From a virus, in IMG/VR virus record IMGVR_UViG_3300020182_000012: DNA of 64,000 nt, one strand, 5' to 3'. Positions 47,016-55,800 of this stretch are shown one piece after another; the first letter of the stretch is position 1; every line of letters begins with the position of its first letter. The position numbers were made by a program, and so were the translations under genes. Under the pieces are notes generated by a model. The model was not told where the DNA came from, did no database searches, and saw only the letters and a program-made list of their open reading frames with translations.

Positions 47016-47029
47016 GTTAACTCCGTGAT

Positions 47030-47365
47030 TTATCTTGTGTAGGGTTTAAAATCTTGGCCATTAGCAACCAAACACGCTGTTCCGTTATCATACAAACTCA
47101 CTAGTGTCCAGGTGCCCGAGTTCTGGTTAACAAAAAACATCATTGAACTCCAATATTCTTTGCTGTCAGATGAACTCCGTTGCATGCCTCTGCCACTGTG
47201 CAAAGGTTTTTCGCCATAATTGTTCATAACCGTATTAGTCATCTGAATAACTGGTGCACAAGGTTGTGTAGTAAGAAAAAATTTAGTTTCTTGTTCTTGC
47301 GACAACACCGTTGCTGGTAGTAGTACTAGTATTCCTGCAATAAATGCATTTAATATATACTCCAT
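47030..47365 (-). CDS. secreted hypothetical protein
   Basis: Signal peptide; two Cys; GTWTLV..G.AC. Confidence 0.65.
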   Translation of the reverse strand: MEYILNAFIAGILVLLPATVLSQEQETKFFLTTQPCAPVIQMTNTVMNNYGEKPLHSGRGMQRSSSDSKEYWSSMMFFVNQNSGTWTLVSLYDNGTACLVANGQDFKPYTR

Positions 47366-47394
47366 TTAATATTTTCCTTATTATTATAAAGTAT

Positions 47395-47742
47395 TTACTT
47401 TAAATAATACGTTTTACTAGCCCACTTAATATCACTGTTGTTGTCCACAATCATTACATTATCAGCTCTACACCTAGTACCAGTCTCAGATGGTACTAAT
47501 TTTGTCCAACTCACAGCATCATTTTGCCTAACAATCTTGCCTTTAAGAACAAGTATATCATACCGTCCTTCGCTGTGTTGTTTTTGTGTTACTGTAATAT
47601 AATCGCCATCATGTTGCCCTTCCATACTGTAGAACAATGGTTCTCCAGTTTCTTTATTATAGTACAATCTATATTCATAGTCAACCGGTTTATTATCCGC
47701 TATTATTTGATCAAACAATTGTGCTAGTTCTTCTTCAGTCAT
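47395..47742 (-). CDS. hypothetical protein
   Basis: EYRLYY..GEPLFYSM; overlaps upstream gene. Confidence 0.7.
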   Translation of the reverse strand: MTEEELAQLFDQIIADNKPVDYEYRLYYNKETGEPLFYSMEGQHDGDYITVTQKQHSEGRYDILVLKGKIVRQNDAVSWTKLVPSETGTRCRADNVMIVDNNSDIKWASKTYYLK

Positions 47743-48514
47743 AGTACTGCCCTAATTGCTGTGCTAATTCTTTTTGATGATAGTGAACAAATCCGTGTTG
47801 ATTATGCCCGTTGATACGTAGTACTCCATCGTCTACTTCCCATGTCAGCTCTTTTGCCCAGTCGTCGGCACTAGTGCCAAGTATTCTCGGTTTCATGTGT
47901 ACAATTTGAGGACCTGTGCCCGGAGTAACAAAGTCGCTGCCATTTAATGCATAAATTAAATCTGTATTGGCTATTTCGTCGCTGCCTAGTTTAATGTTAA
48001 GTTTGATCTTATCCCAATCTTCAAAGCACTGTTTTACATTGTTAAAGAATCGCTGTGCATCGGGACTTACTCTCCAGTAAGTAATTGCATTATATACATC
48101 GGGTAAATTGTTATGATCAAATATTTTCCTATAGTGTCGCACAGTTGATGTAGTTCCGTGGAAGTCTCGTGCACCAGTGCTAATCCAAACCGGCTTGTTT
48201 CGATACAAGGGCCACCAATGGTCAATCGGACCACTAACAACCATGTCTGCTTCTAATTTTACAGTTTCGTGAAACGGGCTAGCATAAAATACTTGCCAGT
48301 CAGTGGACCAGCCGCCTGTATTGCCTTGTGGAAATTGCCTAACATAATCAAAAAGAGGATTTGCATAGTTCTCATGATCTGTAACCAAACAAATCTTTAC
48401 ATCCGGGTGCCAGTATTTGAGACTTTTTGCAAGTGTTTCTGCACAAGAAATATAGTCAACACCGTCGGTGATTCCTGCAACAATTAGATATCCTCGATCA
48501 GCTTCGTACTGCAT
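47735..48514 (-). CDS. GT-A (GT8-like) glycosyltransferase
   Basis: LAKSLK...ICLVTD...SPFHETVKLEAD...VHMK; start re-set to MQYEAD. Confidence 0.65.
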   Translation of the reverse strand: MQYEADRGYLIVAGITDGVDYISCAETLAKSLKYWHPDVKICLVTDHENYANPLFDYVRQFPQGNTGGWSTDWQVFYASPFHETVKLEADMVVSGPIDHWWPLYRNKPVWISTGARDFHGTTSTVRHYRKIFDHNNLPDVYNAITYWRVSPDAQRFFNNVKQCFEDWDKIKLNIKLGSDEIANTDLIYALNGSDFVTPGTGPQIVHMKPRILGTSADDWAKELTWEVDDGVLRINGHNQHGFVHYHQKELAQQLGQYYD

Positions 48515-49292
48515 ACAGTTTCTCCAAATAACTCTTGCACATAACATGTAGATCATGATTTTTAACACAAATTTTCTTTTTGCGGTTATCATTAATATAG
48601 TTAATCCACCATATATCATCAACTAGGTCAGCTTCTACATCAGTTTCTACATTTGCCATTGGCCACGGGATTTCGCACTGATGTGGGTGTGTATTTCCAT
48701 TAGCCAATAATAATGCAATGCTTATTGCAAAGTCGTTGCGATATTGTTTAGTGTTGAATCCAAACAATGTTCCGTAGTGCGCATAGTTTTGTTCTACCAT
48801 CTTCCAAACATTAAACACATCTTGTGTAAATTGACTGTGACGGTCAAAAATAACAACTGTTGCCCACCACATGTGTGATTTTTTTGTCCCAAACGTTTGC
48901 AGCCTCGGTAACGGCTGATGTACATTGCGAACATGTCTGTGGCATAAGAACGGTTGTGAACTATCTAGTAACGGTGCCAACGAATCGCCGTTGACCATGT
49001 AATCTGTGTCAACTAATAGTGTTCTATCGTAAGGTGATAGATCGAGTGCAGCGTTTCTGCCAAAATTATACCAAGTTGTTGTTTCTTTTCTGTCATGAAA
49101 ATATCGCCTATTGGTGTTTTTACCGCGATCAACTATAACTTGACTGTCAAACATATCTGAATCAACAGATTTGTCAGTAACCAGTGTTACCGGAATATTG
49201 AGGTGTTTTTTTATTCGTCGTGCACACTCAACAGCAAGTTTAGTATACTGTATTTCACTGTCAAACGCAAAAAGTAAAGCGCCCGTTGTCAT
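48498..49292 (-). CDS. GT-A (GT8-like) glycosyltransferase
   Basis: VTLVTD, SPYDRTLLVDTD (DxD), RNDFA, HVMCK; paralog of adjacent gene. Confidence 0.65.
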   Translation of the reverse strand: MTTGALLFAFDSEIQYTKLAVECARRIKKHLNIPVTLVTDKSVDSDMFDSQVIVDRGKNTNRRYFHDRKETTTWYNFGRNAALDLSPYDRTLLVDTDYMVNGDSLAPLLDSSQPFLCHRHVRNVHQPLPRLQTFGTKKSHMWWATVVIFDRHSQFTQDVFNVWKMVEQNYAHYGTLFGFNTKQYRNDFAISIALLLANGNTHPHQCEIPWPMANVETDVEADLVDDIWWINYINDNRKKKICVKNHDLHVMCKSYLEKLYAVRS

Positions 49293-49594
49293 CTTTGTTT
49301 GGAAATTTCATTGTATTCGGCTTGCCAGGCATTCATTTGTTCTTGCCATCGCTGCATTGCTAATTTTTTAAGTTCATGTGGATCTACACTAACTGGCGTA
49401 TTGTAATAATCTTCAAGTACCACAAGTGTATCTTGGCAACAATCACACAACACAATCAAGTCCGGCGATGCTTTCCACATACCGCCATCGTGCGCAAAAA
49501 GCATCTTGGCTTCATACGTTTCCCGCAAGACAATCCTAGCTTGCTGATGATCAAATCTGGTTTTAATGTTTTGGGAGAGTTGGTCTGTTTGCAT
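49289..49594 (-). CDS. hypothetical protein, first gene of the minus-strand biosynthetic operon
   Basis: GGMWKA..LI..VVLEDYYNTP; ATG 49594 lies inside a 13-bp hairpin. Confidence 0.7.
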   Translation of the reverse strand: MQTDQLSQNIKTRFDHQQARIVLRETYEAKMLFAHDGGMWKASPDLIVLCDCCQDTLVVLEDYYNTPVSVDPHELKKLAMQRWQEQMNAWQAEYNEISKQR

Positions 49595-49616
49595 GCTAGT
49601 AGTTAGCATGCAAACA
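49586..49616. promoter_or_regulatory. 13-bp perfect inverted repeat enclosing a start codon and a TAACTA box
   Basis: TGTTTGCATGCTA-GTAGT-TAGCATGCAAACA. Confidence 0.7.
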
Positions 49617-49640
49617 ATGACCTGATTAAATTTTTAAATT

Positions 49641-50570
49641 TTAAGTTAACGTCCAAGTGGCAGAGTTCTGTGTCACTGAACCCCAAGTGTCTGCAATGTA
49701 TGTAGTAGACGGTGGGCGAATTGTTGTATTCATCGTAAGTGTTCCGTCAACACTATCAAGTCCGCCAGGCACGCCCGGAGTTTTCTGATCATCCATTGTT
49801 GCAGTGATTGTAATCACACTACCACTAATTGATGCTTGAATTTGAGCAAAGTTTGCTGTGTAAGTGTATGTGGTAGCAAATTGCTTGAAAAGTGTTTGAT
49901 TAGTGCCAGTAAGATCGTATGCACCTATGCCTTCGGCAAGTGTATCTGCTGTTCCGCTGCCACCAATCTTAGTAGTACCAGTATAAGATGTACCTGCAAT
50001 GGTTTTGTTTGGTCCTGGGTCGCCAGCTCCTGTCAGCACAATTGTACCGCATGCTGTTAACAAGTTTGTCCAAGAAGTGTTTTGATCACTTGCTGTACCA
50101 CCTGAACGACTAAAGCTCATTCTAATCATGCCGCCTGCATTAAAGAAATAACGCAGTTGGTTGGCACTTGCAAATGTGATAGTTTTAGATGTTGTTGCAG
50201 TGTTGACCCAGGCAGTAGTTGTTGTGGTAGCCGCTGTAGAATCAGAGCCACTAGCAGCGGCATTATTACGCCCAGATTCTATTGCTGTAATGTTTGTTGA
50301 TAAGGCAGCGTATGCCGAGATAGTATCACCGGCTGTTGGGCTTGTTATTGCTGTAATTGACGTCCCTTGGTGACTAGCTGCACTTGATGTTCTTGCTAGC
50401 AAAGTTGCCCATTGTGTTGCTGATATGGTTGAACCAACGACTGTTTCGCCAATGATATTGGTTTGTCCGTAACCGTTTTCGCCGCTTCCGACTCCCCAAA
50501 CAGCATCGACACTGTTTGTGAAAGTGTTATAGTCTGCGGCAGTAATTGTAGACCCTGATGAATATGTCAT
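49641..50570 (-). CDS. virion structural protein (Ser/Thr-rich, tail/baseplate-associated)
   Basis: MTYSSGSTITAADYN, GYGQ, RYFFNAGG; T/S/G/A-rich; next to tail genes. Confidence 0.7.
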   Translation of the reverse strand: MTYSSGSTITAADYNTFTNSVDAVWGVGSGENGYGQTNIIGETVVGSTISATQWATLLARTSSAASHQGTSITAITSPTAGDTISAYAALSTNITAIESGRNNAAASGSDSTAATTTTTAWVNTATTSKTITFASANQLRYFFNAGGMIRMSFSRSGGTASDQNTSWTNLLTACGTIVLTGAGDPGPNKTIAGTSYTGTTKIGGSGTADTLAEGIGAYDLTGTNQTLFKQFATTYTYTANFAQIQASISGSVITITATMDDQKTPGVPGGLDSVDGTLTMNTTIRPPSTTYIADTWGSVTQNSATWTLT

Positions 50571-50732
50571 CTTTTATTTTTCCCTTTGTATTAGTAGGTG
50601 TCTCCTACGCTATAAAATTAGGCGCCCTGCAATGCAGTAAAGATTTAAACTTTTATCTTTTTAGTAGTTACCTACCACGTCTGGTTAACTATTGTGTATA
50701 GCTGGGTTATCCTTCTATCAGTATTTACCGTA

Positions 50733-52124
50733 TTAGCTAATTTTCACAATTGCTTCTACAGTGCCGAGACCCTCGGTTTTTTTGTTCGTTAGCGCACGGC
50801 CAATCACATTAAACGCTGTAACTTCGTCTAAAGTTGCTGCTCTGGCTGCGCCGTTTCCTGCACTCACTAGTCTATCACCTTTAGACACAAAGCCCATTGT
50901 CATAACCGGAACACGCCCTGTCATAGCAATTGCCGGGTGTGTAACATCATTTCCGTACCCTGCATTCATTGTGTAAGCTGGGCGAGTTGATACTACTCCA
51001 AAAACATTAGTTGAAAGATCATCTGCACAAATTGTGATTTCTTCACTGCCGCCGAGCTCGACTACTGTGCCAGATGCGTATTCTGCATCTGCTGAAAAAC
51101 GCTCTGCCAAGTCGGCGTATTCTGCAGACGTTGCTTTAGCAAATATTGTATTAAACGAGCCGCCTGCAGCGCCGATATTTCCAATACCGTCAGCATTGCC
51201 ATTTGTTATACTAGCAACTGTTACCGAGCCAGACGAAACCAAGCTGGTGTTAACAGTAACAACTGAAGATGCGCCATCAATTGTCATAGCAGTAGTTTGC
51301 GAACCGCCGTCATTGACACGAATTATAATATCGCCATCTTGTGTTTGGTTTTGAAAGTACACATCTGTGCCGCTAACATTTAGTCGACCATCGTTGTCAG
51401 CACCAAAATAGATACCTGTATCATTTAATACACTTACTGTTCCAGTTGTACTAGTAGCTGCATCTGAGCGCATAAACTGGGACGCTGTGAGTCCTTCTAG
51501 TCCATCACTGTCACTTGCTGTACCTTTAAATGTTGCACCAGCTACTGTGGTACTCATGTTTAGACCTGGAGAAATTGTAGCAAAGCCTGAAAGTGCCGCA
51601 GCCGGAGTAAACGTTGCGTCTTTAGACCAAATACCACAAATAACGTTGTTAACATACATCAACACAACAACATGATCTGAACCAGGGCTACTGTCAGTAA
51701 TTGTATCAACAATAGCACCAGATGTGCCTTCGCCGCTAGTAAACGCTGGGCCAATTGTTACAAAAGCACTACCACTGTAGACTTTAAGTTGATCATTTAC
51801 TGTATCAAACCAAAGATCACCTGCTACATTACTAGTCGGTGCTGTTGATGATGAAGTTGCTCCTGAAATAGACTTGAACAATGTGCCGTTATATACTTTA
51901 ATAACGTTGTTGGTTTGGTCATACCATAATTGCCCTTGCAAAGGTGTGCCTGGTGCAGTTGTGTTTGCTGCATTTTCCAACAAGTGAACAAAGTTCTCTC
52001 CTAGGAACTCGCCATAGCCTGCGTAGTTTTTACCTACAATGACTTGGCTTGAATCTGTGTTAATAGTACCATCTGCAACTACTGCAAAGATTGTACCATC
52101 TGTTTTGTTAATGGTATACGCCAT
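50733..52124 (-). CDS. tail fibre/spike with C-terminal intramolecular chaperone-like domain
   Basis: GKNYAGYGE..ENF..LLEN, GQLWYD/GDLWFD repeats, YADLAE...GVVST.P..GRVPV..KGD. Confidence 0.75.
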   Translation of the reverse strand: MAYTINKTDGTIFAVVADGTINTDSSQVIVGKNYAGYGEFLGENFVHLLENAANTTAPGTPLQGQLWYDQTNNVIKVYNGTLFKSISGATSSSTAPTSNVAGDLWFDTVNDQLKVYSGSAFVTIGPAFTSGEGTSGAIVDTITDSSPGSDHVVVLMYVNNVICGIWSKDATFTPAAALSGFATISPGLNMSTTVAGATFKGTASDSDGLEGLTASQFMRSDAATSTTGTVSVLNDTGIYFGADNDGRLNVSGTDVYFQNQTQDGDIIIRVNDGGSQTTAMTIDGASSVVTVNTSLVSSGSVTVASITNGNADGIGNIGAAGGSFNTIFAKATSAEYADLAERFSADAEYASGTVVELGGSEEITICADDLSTNVFGVVSTRPAYTMNAGYGNDVTHPAIAMTGRVPVMTMGFVSKGDRLVSAGNGAARAATLDEVTAFNVIGRALTNKKTEGLGTVEAIVKIS

Positions 52125-52177
52125 TTGTTTATTACTCCGTTTCCAAGTGTATTTATATCTTTATAATATACGTGTAT

Positions 52178-52843
52178 TTATGTTGCACTAAGATTTGTTA
52201 AAGTCTGAATGCGCACTGTGTAATCAATTTGTATTTGTCTGTTCAATGATTTTTGAACTGGGTGGAAAATAACATGTGTTATTAGTCGCAAATTGGTTGC
52301 ACTACCGTTCCAAACTTTAAGTCCAAGTTCGTCGAACACATAATCTCCATTAAAATCTGTTGAATTATCAAATGCCTGTTGTCCACTCGGCTCTCCATAA
52401 TCTAACAGACAACTAACTAGAATGTCTGTATACACTTTTCCGGTAGTATGCGTCACCGTTAGTTTGTTTCTACTAGTGTCAGTGTTTGATGCACTGTTGT
52501 CGTCAACTACTTTTGAATAAGTTGGATTGTACAGATTAGCGTTTTGCCCTGTAGTGTTAGGTGGCAAGTATGTAATAACCCCTGTTGGGTCTACACTACT
52601 GCCGCCGTTTCCAAATGACATATTATAGATTTGTCCAATGCTTTTATTTGCAAGACTATTTGCAAGTGCTTCGCTCATATTTTCATAATGAATTGCATTG
52701 CGTTTATCTATAATTACTTCATCGGTGTTTGGATCAAAAATTTTGATGTGCCCACTAATAGCAACCTGGCCATTTTCGTTTGGCGCAACTTCTTTATTTT
52801 GTTCCATTGACATCTCGTTAACGTTATCTTTATCTACTTCCAT
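52178..52843 (-). CDS. virion structural protein (baseplate/collar-like)
   Basis: GHIKIFD..KRNAIH..FDELGL..THVIFHPVQKS..IDYTVRI; between structural genes. Confidence 0.65.
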   Translation of the reverse strand: MEVDKDNVNEMSMEQNKEVAPNENGQVAISGHIKIFDPNTDEVIIDKRNAIHYENMSEALANSLANKSIGQIYNMSFGNGGSSVDPTGVITYLPPNTTGQNANLYNPTYSKVVDDNSASNTDTSRNKLTVTHTTGKVYTDILVSCLLDYGEPSGQQAFDNSTDFNGDYVFDELGLKVWNGSATNLRLITHVIFHPVQKSLNRQIQIDYTVRIQTLTNLSAT

Positions 52844-52862
52844 GCTGTATTTACCTATCTAG

Positions 52863-55800
52863 TTAACCTTGGTCTTTAAGAAATAATGCTGCTACGGTAG
52901 TTTGATCTTGCAGCGCAATTCCGTTACTTGCTGTATTATTTCCTTGTTTGTACATTACGTTACCATTGACTATTGAGATATCAATTTCTACGCCATCAGC
53001 TGGTGCAGTTGTAAGTGTTACTTCAACTTGGGTTGCATCAACTTGAGTTACAGTATAATCAACAGTATTAATCAGCTCTGCGCCGCCAACGCTAACTCTA
53101 ACTGCTTCGTCGAGCTCTGTACTGTCAACTGTTGATGGTACAACAATCCCAGACCCAATAAAGGTGGTAGTTGAACCGTCGCCAATATTTGTTTTATCAG
53201 TTGTAGTTTTTTGCTGATACGTACTTGGCAACTGTTGTGCTAGTCCAACATCGCTGACACTTACGCCGCTAACGTGCGCCATTGCACCGGTACCGGCTAC
53301 ACCTCTGCGCAATCCACTAACAGTGTTGTTTGATAAATCCCGTGATCTGTAAGTGATACGCTCTGCACCAACTATCATCTGTCCAAATATATTTGATTCT
53401 AGATTTGGTGCACTCAATTTGCTTGCATCCTTAACATAAACAACATCATCGTCTATTGCTAGTGCAGATGTTAACTCAGTGGTATTGCCAGTGTTCAGTT
53501 TGAGTATTTTTTGATTTCCCAACATGTCCTGGAAGATACGGAAGTTCAAACTATCCGGAACGACACTCATTGTAAATATAGTTACTATCAACACATCAAT
53601 AGGTCCGAGTATACTGCCATTGACAGTAAGAACACTAAGCCCGTCTGTGCCGGTACTTAGTTCGAAGTCTACACCGTTTCTAAGATACTTGCCATTTAGA
53701 GATACAAATATTCTTTCAGGATTAGTTACAAGTCTACCGAGAGCAAAATTGTTAGTCTCTATAGATATACCAATTGTGTAGTCAAATGGGCCGTCGTCAT
53801 AGTCATTTTCATCAAATGCAATACTAGTAGTTGCACCCTCAGTAGTAGGCCCTTGGTATACCTTGGTAATAATGCTTTGCTCTGATGTGTCATTGAATGT
53901 ATACACAGTAAACGGTGTATCGGGTATAGCACCAACCCGCAACAATAAATCATTTGTGTTCACTATTGTATAATCAGCTTCAGTTGTTACTGCAATCAGA
54001 ATTTTTGCACCATCTGCTGGTTGTGCATTTGCATTAAATTCAACATACCTGTCGCTACTGCCGTCAAACTCGCTTAGTGTCCAATCAACTGCTAGATTCT
54101 GTTGTACGTTATCAACGTACACAATTACATCGTTGTCTGCAATTAATCCTTGATTTGTTTTACCTGTTGTACTCAAATAGTAAGGACCCAAACTCGATCC
54201 GTCGCTAGTATATTCAATGCCCTCTGGTGCTCTCAAACGTAAACCATCACGTTCAACTAACATGTTAACAATGTTTGTTCCTTGTAAACTGTTTGTTAGT
54301 GCATATTGAGATGTACTGCCGTCGTGGGTGAAACGTTGTATTTGAGGTGCACTCCAACTTAGTTGCGTTGGTGTTGTTACTCCAAGTGCAACAATAGTAA
54401 CCCAATCAGTTGACGTGGGCTGTGTATTAAATGTTACATCAGTTGCAAAACTGCCGCTGGCTGCATAAGTGTAGTTTGTAAAAAGTGCGCCATTAACAAA
54501 CACAACCATCTCGGCAATTTCTGTGTATGCTACGTTAATCTGCTGTGTTGCATTGGTGATGGTGTTGCCTACAAAACTTTCTTTGTAAAGTTGCGATCCA
54601 CCTCCTAGTCCATAGATTTGAACATTAAACACATCTCCTACATTTCCACTATTAAGTGTAATTACTTTAGTAACCCAATTAATAGTGTAGCTACTTGGAT
54701 CAACATTTTGTCCACTGAGCTCGTTATAAACTTCAAGCTCAATGGGGTGCTGTATAAGACCTGCAAAACTAACTGTTGTCCCAACTCCGGTGTACTCAAC
54801 GCTAACACCCTTGATGCTAAAGCCGTGGCCGTTATTAGACCAATCACTGCCTGGGCGAGTGTAAACTTTGAGATCTAATGTATCAAACTCACTACCTGGG
54901 ACTAGTTCCTCTGGTGCATGTGAGCTGTATGTGTCGATAAATTCGCCACCTTCAACATTAATATCAGTTGCACGTATTCCCAAGTATGAATCAGTAAACG
55001 AGCTCTCATATATAACATCCAAGATTTCGGCGCTGTATGTTGGCAAGCCCTCGGGGCCAAACTCGATGTTATCAAACGGATTAATATCGTAGTTGCCTAC
55101 ATCAAAACCGGTGTTTTGGTCAAAGTCTGGTCCTTGTACTTGTACACCAGGGTAATCAATCCCTGTCATTAGCTGTGCTAATTCTCGACCTGGATCAGAT
55201 GGAGTTGGCGTATACATACCAATTGTTCTGTCTGCGCCGTCTAGTGTACTTGGATCAACTATTGTATAATTGTCAGGATCGAATGTTGAGGTACTAGTAA
55301 AGTCTGCAATTACTTGATAAACTTTTGCTTGTGTTGTAGCAACCGTGCCAACAGTAGGCACAGGATATCGCACAAGTTCATTTGCAGTATAAACTGTATT
55401 TGCTTGCCAATCAACTACTTGACTGTTGTAAGTAATTCTGTCGTACTTGATTGTTGTTACTATGTCTCGAACTAGACTTGGCGCAAGCACTGCAATTGCA
55501 GTTGCACCAACGCCGTTGCCACCCGAGATAGTAATAATTGGAGTAGTCGTATATCCGCTTCCAGGTGTAAGCACAGTTACACTAATTAATTGTCCAGCAC
55601 TATTAACTTTTGCTTCCATTGTTGCTTGTGTATCTGCATCACCTGTTACAATAACTTGTGGAGGAACAGTATACCCCGAACCACCATTTATTACAGTAAC
55701 ACTGCTCAGTTCTAGCAAGTAGTTGCTAATCCATTGGCTGTAGGGCCAAGTTTTCCATATTGGGTCAGTACTAGGAAAGCTGCTCAATGACATAGGATTG

